From NCBI GenBank assembly GCA_964566135.1, contig CAZMHM010000001.1, positions 5,829-69,828 on the forward strand: a DNA stretch of 64,000 nucleotides, in the 5' to 3' direction. The notes under the pieces were generated by a model. That model was not told the DNA's origin, made no database searches, and worked only from the letters and a program-made list of their open reading frames with translations. Shown here one piece after another: positions 8,498-18,227 of this stretch; the first letter of the stretch is position 1, and every line of letters starts with the position of its first letter. A program made the position numbers and the translations under genes. The DNA comes from an uncultured Candidatus Saccharibacteria bacterium. GTDB taxonomy: Bacteria > Patescibacteriota > Saccharimonadia > Saccharimonadales > CAIOMD01.

Positions 8498-10237
8498 TTA
8501 CGCTTTTTTTGCACCTTTGAGTGCTGGGTCCACGACCGTGGACTCGGCACTCTTTTTTTCTGCTTCAAAAGCATCAAGGGCATCGCCGAGAGAGGGGTAG
8601 TGTGGCGACTGCTGAAGCGCACGATTAAGCCTATGGGTATGGTGAACGACACTACGGATAGGACCTTTAAGCCGGGCGACAGCAAAGGTAATATTGCGAC
8701 GCTTGAGTTCTTTGATGAGTCCAAGCAGCATCAAGCCAGCGGTCGAATCAATTGTCGTGATAGTTTCTGCATCCCATAAGAACCAAGTGACAGGTGTCGG
8801 AGATTCGTCGATTAAGCGCAAAACTCTCTCCTTAAAATAATTCGCGTTGGCAAAATATAGTGGTGCATCAAAACGGTAGATGAGTATGCCGGGGATGGGA
8901 TGTGTTTTAGGTGGCCTGCCGCTATCACGTAGCGAGCCATCTTGCGCTTTACCAAGAACAGCGTCATTAGGGAATGCGCTTTTGCGAATAAGGTTTGCCA
9001 TTGCGAGCATGACGGCAAGCAATAAGCCCTGAAGCACGCCAAGTAGTGTTACGCCGATGACGGTTACAATCGCCAAGATAGCTTCGCTACGCCATGCGTG
9101 CCAGATAGACTTAAGTTCTTTAAAGTCAAACAGCTTAGAAACAGCGATGATGATAATGACAGCCAATGCGCATTGTGGTAGGTAGCGCAGTAAGGGTGCT
9201 AAAAATATCAGCACGAGGCCAATAATAAGGCCACCAAATAACTGTGAAACTTGAGTTTTTGCGTGGTTTTCGTAGTTAACGGCCGTACGCGAACCGCTAC
9301 CGCCTACCGGTATGCCACCAAAAATACCCGAAGCAATATTAGAGACACCTAAGCCAAAAAATTCCTGAGATGTGTCAATTGTTTCATTCTGTTTAGCTGC
9401 AAAAGAGCGTGCCGTTGCAATCGTGTTTGCGTAGCTAACCAGCATGATTGCCAGTGCCGGTACAATTAAGTTCTGAATTTCACCTAAATTAACTGCGGGG
9501 ATATCAGGGAGCGGTAGACCGGTTGGAATGCTACCAATGGTGGCAATGCCGTAGCTTTCAAGATTAAAGACAGCAGAAACAAGAATTGAACCGACTAAAA
9601 TGACGAGGCTCGCGGGGATACGCTTTACGGTCATTTGCAAAATAAGGCTTAGCGATAGCAGTACAACGCTAAAGGTAATCGTTAGCATGTTTGCATAGAC
9701 GAGATTGTGAAATACGTATAATATCGTTCCAAAGAAATTGACATGCACGGTAGGCAGTGGCAAGCCAAAAATTTTTGGCAGTTGCGAGGCAATCACTGCA
9801 AGTGCCAAGCCTGCCATGTACCCGAGCAGTATTGGCCGCGATAAGAACTCTGCAACAAAACCAATCCGTAAAAATACCCCAAGTAAGCAGGCAATACCGA
9901 TAAGCACGGCTAATATTGCAATTAAACCGGTCGCTACCTCCATATTACCTGCAGATAAAGGAATAACAATTGCGCCCACAAGTGCTGCCATGGTGGCATC
10001 TGGCCCGACATTAACAAGTCGCGATGTACTAAATAATGCAAATACCAACATTGCTACGAGTGCGGCGTACAGGCCAGCAATAAGAGGTGCACCCGCAAGC
10101 TGGGCATAGGCCATTGCCTGTGGGATTGCCACGGCAGCAACGGTAATACCAGCAATAATATCTCGGCGGAGCCAAGTTTTTTGGTAGCCTTTTATTGTTT
10201 TTGCTATCGGTAGGGTTATTTTTATTGGCCCAAACAT
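8498..10237 (-). CDS. SulP-family anion transporter with a C-terminal STAS domain
   Basis: Multi-TM core (RRDIIAGITVAAVAIPQAMAYAQLAG) and a STAS-like C-terminus (ILIYRFDAPLYFANANYF...). The start is uncertain, with ATG candidates at 10237, 10261 and 10303. Confidence 0.8.
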   Translation of the reverse strand: MFGPIKITLPIAKTIKGYQKTWLRRDIIAGITVAAVAIPQAMAYAQLAGAPLIAGLYAALVAMLVFALFSTSRLVNVGPDATMAALVGAIVIPLSAGNMEVATGLIAILAVLIGIACLLGVFLRIGFVAEFLSRPILLGYMAGLALAVIASQLPKIFGLPLPTVHVNFFGTILYVFHNLVYANMLTITFSVVLLSLSLILQMTVKRIPASLVILVGSILVSAVFNLESYGIATIGSIPTGLPLPDIPAVNLGEIQNLIVPALAIMLVSYANTIATARSFAAKQNETIDTSQEFFGLGVSNIASGIFGGIPVGGSGSRTAVNYENHAKTQVSQLFGGLIIGLVLIFLAPLLRYLPQCALAVIIIIAVSKLFDFKELKSIWHAWRSEAILAIVTVIGVTLLGVLQGLLLAVMLAMANLIRKSAFPNDAVLGKAQDGSLRDSGRPPKTHPIPGILIYRFDAPLYFANANYFKERVLRLIDESPTPVTWFLWDAETITTIDSTAGLMLLGLIKELKRRNITFAVARLKGPIRSVVHHTHRLNRALQQSPHYPSLGDALDAFEAEKKSAESTVVDPALKGAKKA

Positions 10238-10314
10238 TAGTTCTATTGTAGCGCAAACCATATGCGTTTTGACAACGAGAGTATAATTATATGTAGGTAA
10301 CAAAAATAAAAACT

Positions 10315-10521
10315 ATGGAAACAAGACCACTTTTAGATATTAGCGATGAGAACCAACGCCGAGTTGCAGCTAAAATAGCGCGATTAGATTTAATTCGGCC
10401 GTTAACACTCGAAGACCACAACGAGTATGTACGGCTCGATTTTATTGCAACGAGCATTGAATCGGTACGTAAAGGTCTCGATCATGATTACTCGCATAGT
10501 TCTCGCCGTAAAGTTGCATAG
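10315..10521 (+). CDS. Hypothetical small protein
   Basis: 68-aa ORF in an otherwise empty gap. No family recognised. Confidence 0.3.
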   Translation: METRPLLDISDENQRRVAAKIARLDLIRPLTLEDHNEYVRLDFIATSIESVRKGLDHDYSHSSRRKVA

Positions 10522-10570
10522 CTAGCATCGGTAACTAAGCGTACAATAGAAACAGATAACGGAGGTTTCT

Positions 10571-11704
10571 ATGAACGTCATGCGTATACCGCTCGCAATA
10601 GTGCTCGTACTGTTTGCGAGTGTTTTTTTATTTGTCGGCTTTGCTCGTGCACAAGAAGTTAGATCGTCAACAGCGGTGACAGTGCCCAAGGATACGATAT
10701 TAGATAAAACTGCCCTATTCGCAGGCCAAGATATAGTGGTCGATGGTACGATAAATGGCGATTTGTTCTGTGCAGGCCAAAATGTAACGGTAAATGGCAC
10801 AATTAACGGAGACGTTTTCTGTGCAGGCCAAAATTTTACACTTAATGGCCTCGTCAACGGCAGTGCCCGCCTTGCAGGCCAAAATCTTACTATAAACGGT
10901 AAGGTTACTGGCAATATATCTATGGCCGGGTCAACACTAAGTATTAGTGAAAAGGGTGTAGCCGGCCAAGACGTACAAGCTACAGGTGCATCCTTAATAG
11001 TCAGGGGTGTTATCACTCGTGATTTGGCAACCTCTTCTCAGGATGTAGTAATTTCTGGAGTTGTTGGGCGAGATGCGCGTATTAAAGATGAATCTATAGA
11101 AATTACTGACACGGCAAAAATTGGCGGGAATTTATACTACCAATCAACTGCCCAGGCTCAGATTGCGCCAGGTGTTGTAGCAGGTACGACCACACAAACG
11201 CAACCTCCTGCCCAAAAGCCAGTTAATACTGCTAAGGCGTTCGTCTTAGGGTATGGGTATTGGTTTGCGGCTATGCTACTTATCGCCTTTGTTGTGCTAC
11301 TACTATTCCCAAGAGTGCTTGATAATAGTGTAAAAGAGGCAAACGCTCGCCCAGGTCGCACGATATTCAATGGTTTCTTTGCGGTGTTTTTGCCTCCGGT
11401 CCTTATCGTCATGCTTTGCCTTACATTAATTGGAATCCCGCTAGCGGTGCTCTTGTCGCTTATTTATATGATTGCGTTATTCATGTGCGGGCCGTTTTTT
11501 GCATTTTTTGTCGGTTCAAAAATACTTCCCGAGCAGCGTGCTTGGGTGCGTATGTTACTTGGCAGCTCGATTATTTTAATTGCCTATGCATTGCCGCTTG
11601 TCGGCTTTCTTGTTGGTTTTGCTGCGGTCGTATTTGGCATCGGTATGTTTACGGAAATTGTCATGCAACGCTTGCCTAAAGAGCTAAAAACAACCAAAAG
11701 CTAG
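10571..11704 (+). CDS. Bactofilin-like (polymer-forming cytoskeletal) beta-helix repeat protein fused to a multi-TM C-terminal domain
   Basis: Signal/TM N-terminus, then reiterated units INGDLFCAGQNVTVNGTINGDVFCAGQNFTLNGLVNGSARLAGQNLTINGKVTGN, followed by about 4 TM helices. Confidence 0.6.
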   Translation: MNVMRIPLAIVLVLFASVFLFVGFARAQEVRSSTAVTVPKDTILDKTALFAGQDIVVDGTINGDLFCAGQNVTVNGTINGDVFCAGQNFTLNGLVNGSARLAGQNLTINGKVTGNISMAGSTLSISEKGVAGQDVQATGASLIVRGVITRDLATSSQDVVISGVVGRDARIKDESIEITDTAKIGGNLYYQSTAQAQIAPGVVAGTTTQTQPPAQKPVNTAKAFVLGYGYWFAAMLLIAFVVLLLFPRVLDNSVKEANARPGRTIFNGFFAVFLPPVLIVMLCLTLIGIPLAVLLSLIYMIALFMCGPFFAFFVGSKILPEQRAWVRMLLGSSIILIAYALPLVGFLVGFAAVVFGIGMFTEIVMQRLPKELKTTKS

Positions 11705-11739
11705 ACGACGCATTAAATTCCGTGTAGCATAAGCGGTAT

Positions 11740-12024
11740 ATGGCAACAAAATCTAAAAAAGCTGTTAAACGCGCAGCAAAAGAAGCGCCCGAAAAAGACA
11801 GCGTTTATTTCTTAAAATTAGTAGTGTTCTTTATCCTTGGCTGTCTTTGGATACGCTTGGGTAGCGGCGAAGGCGTACCTATTCCTGTTGGTCTTATCTT
11901 TGGTGTCTTATTGGCTAGTCACGAGCATTTTCAGGTTGACCGAAAAATCGAATACCTGGTGCTTTTAGTGGCGACTATTCTGAGCTTTATCGCCCCAATT
12001 GGCTTCGTACTTAGCATCGGCTAA
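11740..12024 (+). CDS. Small membrane protein, hypothetical
   Basis: 94 aa with a basic N-terminus and 3 hydrophobic helices. Confidence 0.4.
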   Translation: MATKSKKAVKRAAKEAPEKDSVYFLKLVVFFILGCLWIRLGSGEGVPIPVGLIFGVLLASHEHFQVDRKIEYLVLLVATILSFIAPIGFVLSIG

Positions 12025-12122
12025 AAAATACTTGCAATCCAAAAAAATACCCTCATACTAAAAGAAAACACGCTCAAATATTTGAGTGTTCAAAAATAGA
12101 GAGTTTAACAGAGGGAAAAGCA

Positions 12123-13709
12123 ATGGCAACAAAGTACATATTTGTTACTGGTGGGGTATTAAGTGGAGTTGGTAAGGGTATTACGGCGGCTAGCATTGGT
12201 GCACTTTTAAAAGCACGCGGGTACACTGTCAATATCCAAAAGTGCGATCCGTATTTTAACGTTGATGCGGGCACGCTAAATCCGGCCGAACATGGCGAAG
12301 TATTTGTCACGAAAGATGGTGCTGAAACCGACCTAGATTTAGGCCATTACGAGAGATACCTAGATATCGAACTTACCCAAGCAAGCTCGACCATGAGTGG
12401 TCGCATTTTCCGGCAAGTTATAGAAGATGAACGCGAAGGTAAATACCTCGGCAAAACCGTTCAAATTATTCCGCACGTCACCAACGCTATGCAGGCCGCA
12501 ATATTAGCTGCCGCCGAAGGTTTTGATGTCCATATCGTAGAGGTGGGTGGTACGGTTGGAGATTACGAAAGTACCGCGTTTGTAGAGGCAATTAGGCAAC
12601 TGAAACATAAGGTAGGCGCAGACAATACACTATTTGTGCATGTAGTGTATTTACCGTTCCTAGAAGCCAGCCAAGAGGTTAAATCGAAGCCTGCCCAAAA
12701 TGCTGTGCGGGATTTGCGTGAGGCGGGTATTCAACCAGATATATTAGTGGCTCGTACAGATCACAAAGTACCCGAAAATATCATTTCAAAACTGAGCTTA
12801 TTTACTGATGTCGAGCCAGAGGCAGTCGTACCAATGCCAACTGTCGAAACAGTGTACGCGGTGCCACTTATCCTCGAAAAACTAGGGATTGGCGATCTAA
12901 CGACAAAAAAGCTTGGCCTACCGAGCAAAAAGGCGAATTTAAAGGATTGGCAAAAGCTAGTTGGTTCCGTGCTAGACGATACCGCGAAGCCAGTTAAACT
13001 GGCAATTGTAGCTAAGTATCTCGACAACAAAGACACCTATGCCAGTGTTATAGAGGCACTAAAAGCCGCATGTTGGGCCGAAGGACGTACGCTTGATTTA
13101 GATTGGATAGATGCCGAAAAACTCTCTGATAATAATGCGGCAAAAATGCTCAAGCCATATGCAGGCATCGTTGTGCCGGGCGGTTTTGGTGTGCGTGGCG
13201 TAGAGGGCAAAATCGCGGCTGCTACCTATGCGCTGCAACATGATGTGCCGTATCTAGGACTATGCCTAGGGATGCAAGTAGCCTGCATAGCCGCAGTGCG
13301 CCTAGGCGGCAAAAAAGATGCCCAAAGCACCGAATTTGACCCTGATACGCCACATCCGGTTATTGACCTTATGGAATCACAAAAAGCGGTTACTAATCTT
13401 GGGGGTACGATGCGGTTGGGTGATTATGATTGTGAGCTTACCAAAGGCAGCAAGGCTGCCAAGCTGTATGGCCAAACGACAATTGTCGAGCGCCATCGTC
13501 ACCGCTTTGAATTTAATGCTGCGTACGAGGCAGATTTGCTACTGCAAGATATTGCTGTTGTAGGTAAAAACCCTCAGACAGGGCTTGCTGAAGTTGTTGA
13601 ATCTACCAAAAATAAGTACTTTGTGGCCAGTCAGTACCATCCTGAATTTACTAGTAGGCCAATGCGCCCGAACCCGCTATTTGTTGGGCTAATTAAAACG
13701 GCTAAATAA
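12123..13709 (+). CDS. pyrG: CTP synthase
   Basis: The N-terminus KYIFVTGGVLSGVGKGI, the glutamine amidotransferase motif GLCLGMQ and the C-terminal QYHPEF are all present over the full length. Confidence 0.95.
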   Translation: MATKYIFVTGGVLSGVGKGITAASIGALLKARGYTVNIQKCDPYFNVDAGTLNPAEHGEVFVTKDGAETDLDLGHYERYLDIELTQASSTMSGRIFRQVIEDEREGKYLGKTVQIIPHVTNAMQAAILAAAEGFDVHIVEVGGTVGDYESTAFVEAIRQLKHKVGADNTLFVHVVYLPFLEASQEVKSKPAQNAVRDLREAGIQPDILVARTDHKVPENIISKLSLFTDVEPEAVVPMPTVETVYAVPLILEKLGIGDLTTKKLGLPSKKANLKDWQKLVGSVLDDTAKPVKLAIVAKYLDNKDTYASVIEALKAACWAEGRTLDLDWIDAEKLSDNNAAKMLKPYAGIVVPGGFGVRGVEGKIAAATYALQHDVPYLGLCLGMQVACIAAVRLGGKKDAQSTEFDPDTPHPVIDLMESQKAVTNLGGTMRLGDYDCELTKGSKAAKLYGQTTIVERHRHRFEFNAAYEADLLLQDIAVVGKNPQTGLAEVVESTKNKYFVASQYHPEFTSRPMRPNPLFVGLIKTAK

Positions 13710-13787
13710 CGGCTATTGCGTATAGTGGTGCAGAATGGTTCAATATAACCATAAGTAGTAATATTGACAATATACTTGGGTAGGTAT

Positions 13788-16139
13788 ATGGCAAAAAGCG
13801 AAAAGGGGAGACATATTGTGGAACCACAAATTCAAGAACCGAACCAGCAAGCGGTTCCGGTTGTGCGCGAACTAGATTCTCAACAAGTGTTGCAACAGAC
13901 AGCAGTCGAGCAAAAACAGACTTTATGGGGGAAGCTTACCAATCATAGACATTTTTCATTAGTAGTATTAGCCTTTGGGTTCGCGCTCATTGGTGGCATT
14001 TTTGTATTTGGCAGCAAGGCAAGTTCGATTAATGGTCTAACTGCAACATACTTCAAAAATACTACCCTTAGCGGCACAGGTACTACACAAATCGACCCAA
14101 CAATTAATTTTAACTGGGCAGCCAAGGCGCCCCTTGCGGGCTTCCCCGTAGATGGCTTCAGCGTGCGCTGGACAGGGCAAGTTAAGACGGCAACAGCCGG
14201 CCAATATAAGTTCATGACTAGTTCTGATGACGGTATCCGCCTATGGGTTAATAATCAATTACTCGTTGACAACTGGACGCAACACGCCCCAACCACAAAT
14301 GTTGGCAGTATAGCGTTACCAGCAAATTCATATTTCGATATTAAGGTTGAGTATTTCGAAAATACGGGGGGTGCCGTTGCTAAGTTGAGCTGGACGCGCC
14401 CTGATGGTGTGACAGAAGTGATACCAGTGACGTCTTTGTACAACGCTGCTCAGCAGCCAAGTGGCCCGCAGAGTGTTACGGCAACTCCGGGCGATAAAAC
14501 TGCGACCATGAACTGGCAGCCATCCGCAAATCAGGGTAGCAGTGCAATTACAGGCTATCGCGTAACGCGCGTTACCGGTGATAGCGCTGCCCCACAGCCA
14601 TGGACAACCGTTGTGCCCGCAACGACACGTTCGCAGCAATTTACCTACCTGCAAAACGGTGTTACCTATACGTTTAGTGTTGCCGCAATTAATAGCGCGG
14701 GCGAAGGCCCTGCGACAACCGTAACGGCGACTCCGGTAGCTGGTGCGGTAGCAGCCCCAGCAACCGGCACGAGTATTGTGTCGGTTTCATCGCCATTTAC
14801 TGTCACAAACAATCCCTACAATCAGGATACTGAATACCGCGTAACATCATCACTCAGACAAGCGAATGCGGCTAATCCACTGCCGTTTGACATGCCTGCA
14901 CGTGCAACCTTGGCAGCCTCTGCTAAAAAAGCAGTAGCCCACTACTTCCCGCAGTTCCCAATAAGTGTTGATAACGCCGATCCATCAACCGATTACTATG
15001 CACGCAACTGGCTTGCCGCTGGTGGCGAGGGCGGAAAGCATGTGGCATACGGTGGTTACCTACGTGACAGGCCGTTAGGTCGCGCACCGCTTAGCGGTGA
15101 CTGGCAGTTAGCTGATGTAACAACCGAGTCTAAATGGGCACGTGATGCTGGCCTTGACGCATTCTTGGTTGATACGTTAGGCTGGAGCACCACAAGTGCT
15201 AATTATCAGCGTGGACGCAAGATATTTGATGGCGCGAAAAACCTCGGCGATAGCACATTTAAGGTTGCTTACATGGTGGATACAGACATAGTATCGGGCA
15301 CCGATTATGCAACCGCTGCCGCTCGTATCGCAGATGCCTATAACTCCGGTTCGTATATGACGGTTAACGGTAAGCTCGTCGTATCTGCTTATCGCCCAGA
15401 GGGAAATTCAGCGCCAAGCTTCTGGCAAAATATTGATACTACGCTCAAAAATACCTACAAGCTACCCGGCATGGTGTTTGTGCCTTGCTATTCAAGTAAC
15501 TGGAACGCGCATACTACCTTTGATGCGATTACCTATGCAATGGGTGTTTGGACTATCGGTAATACTCCCGGCGTTAACTCTGCAACCTGGAACAACACTG
15601 CAACATCGGCCGGAAAGTTGTTTATGCAGCCAATTGCCTTTGGTGATAGTCGGCCCCGTAGTGGTGTGTTTGACGAGCAACAGGGCTTACTAACACTTCG
15701 CGACCAGTGGCTAACTGCCATCAATAACGATGTCGATTGGGTGCAGTACCGAACCTGGAGTGACTTTAGCGAAGGTGCTCAAATGATTCCTTCTCGCAAC
15801 CACGGCTACTCGTATCTCGATGTGAGTGCGTACTACTTGGCACGCTGGAAAACTGGCACGTACCCAACCATCAAGCGCGATGCATTATATCTTAGCCATC
15901 GTATATCCAACTGGGATAATCACAACACGCAAGTTTCGCAAACCACATGGCAAAATCCTCGTAGCGCAAGCACACACCCTGGCCAAAATATTGTCGATGT
16001 TATGTCGTTCTTAACAGCCCCAGGCAAAGTAACAGTAAAGGTTGGCGTCAACACGTATACCTACGATGCTCCGCAGGGTGTATTTAACAAGCAGTTCCCG
16101 CTTGCTAACGGCCAAGTTTCAGCCAGCTTAAGTAGATAA
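13788..16139 (+). CDS. Secreted PA14 + fibronectin-III + GH71-like (endo-alpha-1,3-glucanase family) glycosyl hydrolase
   Basis: TM anchor, then a PA14-like segment (GLTATYFKNTTLSG...FSVRWTGQV...DDGIRLWVNNQLLVDNW), an FN3 segment (PQSVTATPGDKTATMNWQPS) and a C-terminal domain (VAHYFPQFPIS...DAFLVDTLGW) resembling GH71. The start is taken at the ATG at 13788. Confidence 0.55.
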   Translation: MAKSEKGRHIVEPQIQEPNQQAVPVVRELDSQQVLQQTAVEQKQTLWGKLTNHRHFSLVVLAFGFALIGGIFVFGSKASSINGLTATYFKNTTLSGTGTTQIDPTINFNWAAKAPLAGFPVDGFSVRWTGQVKTATAGQYKFMTSSDDGIRLWVNNQLLVDNWTQHAPTTNVGSIALPANSYFDIKVEYFENTGGAVAKLSWTRPDGVTEVIPVTSLYNAAQQPSGPQSVTATPGDKTATMNWQPSANQGSSAITGYRVTRVTGDSAAPQPWTTVVPATTRSQQFTYLQNGVTYTFSVAAINSAGEGPATTVTATPVAGAVAAPATGTSIVSVSSPFTVTNNPYNQDTEYRVTSSLRQANAANPLPFDMPARATLAASAKKAVAHYFPQFPISVDNADPSTDYYARNWLAAGGEGGKHVAYGGYLRDRPLGRAPLSGDWQLADVTTESKWARDAGLDAFLVDTLGWSTTSANYQRGRKIFDGAKNLGDSTFKVAYMVDTDIVSGTDYATAAARIADAYNSGSYMTVNGKLVVSAYRPEGNSAPSFWQNIDTTLKNTYKLPGMVFVPCYSSNWNAHTTFDAITYAMGVWTIGNTPGVNSATWNNTATSAGKLFMQPIAFGDSRPRSGVFDEQQGLLTLRDQWLTAINNDVDWVQYRTWSDFSEGAQMIPSRNHGYSYLDVSAYYLARWKTGTYPTIKRDALYLSHRISNWDNHNTQVSQTTWQNPRSASTHPGQNIVDVMSFLTAPGKVTVKVGVNTYTYDAPQGVFNKQFPLANGQVSASLSR

Positions 16140-16141
16140 AT

Positions 16142-16570
16142 ATGCGCCCAGAGTCTATAACAGATAAACTAGCTGTTTATGCAGCGCTTGGATTAACGCT
16201 GTTTATGATAGTGTTCCAGTTTCTATTGGCTATTGGCTTACCGCTGGGTCATGCCGCATGGGGTGGTAAATATGAAGTTTTACCGACTAATTTTAGGGTA
16301 GGTAGCGCGGTTAACGTCATTATATATTTTTGGATTGGTGCTTGTGTGCTCAGGGCTTCTGGGCTTGCGCTTAAATCTATTAACTTTAAAATTGCGCGTG
16401 TTACGTTGTATATTTTTGGTTCGTTTTTAGTGCTAGGAGTACTTATGAACTTGGCGTCGCCGAGTCACTGGGAACGCTATCTAATGGCGCCAACAGCCCT
16501 AGCGTTTTGCTTAAGCACCCTGCATATTGCGTACCATTCCGGCAAGCTTACTAAGGCCAAAAAAGCATAA
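16142..16570 (+). CDS. Hypothetical 4-TM membrane protein
   Basis: 142 aa and strongly hydrophobic. It starts 2 nt after the hydrolase stop. Confidence 0.5.
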   Translation: MRPESITDKLAVYAALGLTLFMIVFQFLLAIGLPLGHAAWGGKYEVLPTNFRVGSAVNVIIYFWIGACVLRASGLALKSINFKIARVTLYIFGSFLVLGVLMNLASPSHWERYLMAPTALAFCLSTLHIAYHSGKLTKAKKA

Positions 16571-16599
16571 CCATATCTGTTAATTCTTATTAATATTTC

Positions 16600-16628
16600 T
16601 TGCACATCATAGGCGATATAGCTATTAT
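16600..16628 (+). promoter_or_regulatory. Sigma70-like promoter, TTGCAC-17 nt-TATTAT, for the GC-rich RNA/RT unit
   Basis: TTGCAC at 16600-16605 and TATTAT at 16623-16628 with a 17-nt spacer. The predicted start near 16635 lies 3 nt before the 5' arm of the long-range helix. Confidence 0.5.
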
Positions 16629-16634
16629 TGACTC

Positions 16635-17125
16635 AGCCACGGTACACCGTGGGCCTTGGGGCTAGATTTTGTACGGCGCGGGCAACCGTGCTCGAGTTGC
16701 TAGTTACGACTAGTACTCAAAAATGTCGTCGCTATGGTGGCTCGGCTTGGTCGTTTGCACTCGCTTGCGAGGGCTACGTCCTGCCTCTGCGGGTGGTCCT
16801 GTTTTCTGGGGCGCTCGCTCTTCACCTCTCTGTGGCTCGCACCGTCATCGTCGCGCGCAAGCGCGGTGGTGGGCGAGCTCGGAGCCGTCTTGATGCGCGC
16901 GTACGTCTGAGTGACCAGGCGCACGTGTCTCGATGGCGTGTGGACGCGTTCTGTTGCGCACACACGGCGACGGCACGTCGGCACTTGCGACCGCGACTCT
17001 CATGCTGAGTCTGTGGCTCGCTCCGACGACGATGGTGGTTACCAAACGGTGTGGCAAAGTATGACCCAAGGCCCATCGGTAACCGTCGTGTTTACGAGTG
17101 GGGTAGGGCGCTTCTGCGCCCGCCC
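16635..17125 (+). ncRNA. GC-rich structured non-coding RNA upstream of the RT (candidate retron msr-msd-like RNA)
   Basis: The ends pair (16638-16660 with 17065-17090, about 20 bp) and G16661 is left unpaired. A nested helix joins 16840-16853 to 17024-17037, and several small hairpins include a GCAA tetraloop at 16852-16865. Every frame gives only junk ORFs, and the composition jump is abrupt. Confidence 0.6.
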
Positions 17126-17141
17126 TGCTCACTCAACCTGT

Positions 17142-18119
17142 ATGACTAATCCTGATAGATTTTATGACCGGTATCGGCAACGCAACGCGAGCCTATTTTT
17201 AGAAGCAGCAAGTACGCTTGGCGAGTTTGCTGATGGCGAACAACCGGTCTTTACCCCGTATATCCCCAAAAGGCAGACACCAGAAAAAACAATTTGGATG
17301 CCAAACCAAGCCATGATTGAAGTGCATGGGCGCCTTAAGAGCGCGCTCGAAATAGAGCGCCCGCTATTTTTAGGCCCATCATATGGTGGTATTACTGGTG
17401 GCTCGCCTGCTCGTAACATTGCACCTCATACGCCAAACAGATATTTTTATCAGCTTGATTTTGCCAATGCGTACAGCCAAGTAGACGCTGCAAAACTCGC
17501 GCGGCTCATTATTGACGGCCGTGGCACGTATAAAGAAATTGAGGCTGTGCAGGCGGTGCTCGAAACCTATTGTCTTACGCCAACAGGTACCGGTTTAGCA
17601 CGTGGCGGGCCATTATCACCATACTTGTTTAATTTGTACTGCGAAGAGCTCGATTGGGAGCTACAAGGCTATACCGATAGGCGCGGCATCACGTACACCC
17701 GGTATCTCGATGATTTAACGTTCTCGCGGCCAGATAATGGATTCCCCATCCGCGATACTATTACCGCCCCCGAGCGGAGTGATATTCGCGCAATTATCGA
17801 TAACAACGGGCTTACCCTAAACCCTGCAAAAACTCGGGTTAGCGATGTGCATGATGCACCAGTAATAATTACCGGTCTGCAGCTTGATAAAAACGGCCAA
17901 TGGCACATTAAAGATAAAGCCGCTCGCGAAGCCCGAGCTAAACTGCTAGCTCAGCACGGCATGTTTGCTGGCACCTTACTACAAAAACAGGTGCGCGATT
18001 TAGCAGCCGGCTATAAAGGCATGCTAGATGCTGCCGAACATGGCAAAAAGCGCTCAAAAAGTGAGCGCCAATTAGGCGAGCTTGCCGAAAGATTATTAGT
18101 AGAAATTCCAGCACTCTAA
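17142..18119 (+). CDS. Reverse transcriptase, retron-type (325 aa)
   Basis: RT motifs seen: YIPKRQTPEKTIWMP, YFYQLDFANAYSQV, GGPLSPYLFNLYCEELD, YTRYLDDLTFS, LTLNPAKTRV and VIITGLQL (a VTG-like motif). The ATG at 17142 is the first start after the structured RNA; the ORF-track start at 16911 lies inside the ncRNA. Confidence 0.85.
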   Translation: MTNPDRFYDRYRQRNASLFLEAASTLGEFADGEQPVFTPYIPKRQTPEKTIWMPNQAMIEVHGRLKSALEIERPLFLGPSYGGITGGSPARNIAPHTPNRYFYQLDFANAYSQVDAAKLARLIIDGRGTYKEIEAVQAVLETYCLTPTGTGLARGGPLSPYLFNLYCEELDWELQGYTDRRGITYTRYLDDLTFSRPDNGFPIRDTITAPERSDIRAIIDNNGLTLNPAKTRVSDVHDAPVIITGLQLDKNGQWHIKDKAAREARAKLLAQHGMFAGTLLQKQVRDLAAGYKGMLDAAEHGKKRSKSERQLGELAERLLVEIPAL

Positions 18120-18199
18120 CTGCATTGCTTTTCGCTGTTTTCAGCTCATCAGCATGAACATACATTCATGTAAGCAATTTCGGCAAGATAGCTGTGACG

Positions 18200-18227
18200 G
18201 GCGGGGGCAAGCGAACTTGCCCCCGCC
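18200..18227 (-). terminator. GC-rich hairpin without a U-tract, downstream of the 141-aa gene
   Basis: GGCGGGGGCAAG-cgaa-CTTGCCCCCGCC, a perfect 12-bp stem lying 6 nt after the minus-strand stop. No T- or A-run on either side. Confidence 0.5.

Noticed and set aside
16829-17021. DRT2-like rolling-circle template for a 'neo' gene, suggested by the 12-nt direct repeat TCTGTGGCTCGC at 16829-16840 and 17010-17021 and the scarcity of stop codons
   Set aside because: The repeat spacing is 181 nt, not a multiple of 3. In-frame stops exist within the unit, for example the ends of the 16628-17008 plus-strand ORF and the 16845-17132 minus-strand ORF. The RT motifs look retron-like. The repeat is still worth noting as part of the RNA.
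16628-17132. ORF-track entries inside the GC-rich block (16628-17008 +, 16700-16984 -, 16822-17076 -, 16845-17132 -, and the 16911 N-terminal extension of the RT ORF)
   Set aside because: Several mutually overlapping ORFs on both strands have Arg/Ala/Cys-rich junk translations. This is the expected by-product of high GC content. The region is better explained as structured RNA, and the RT start was moved to the ATG at 17142.
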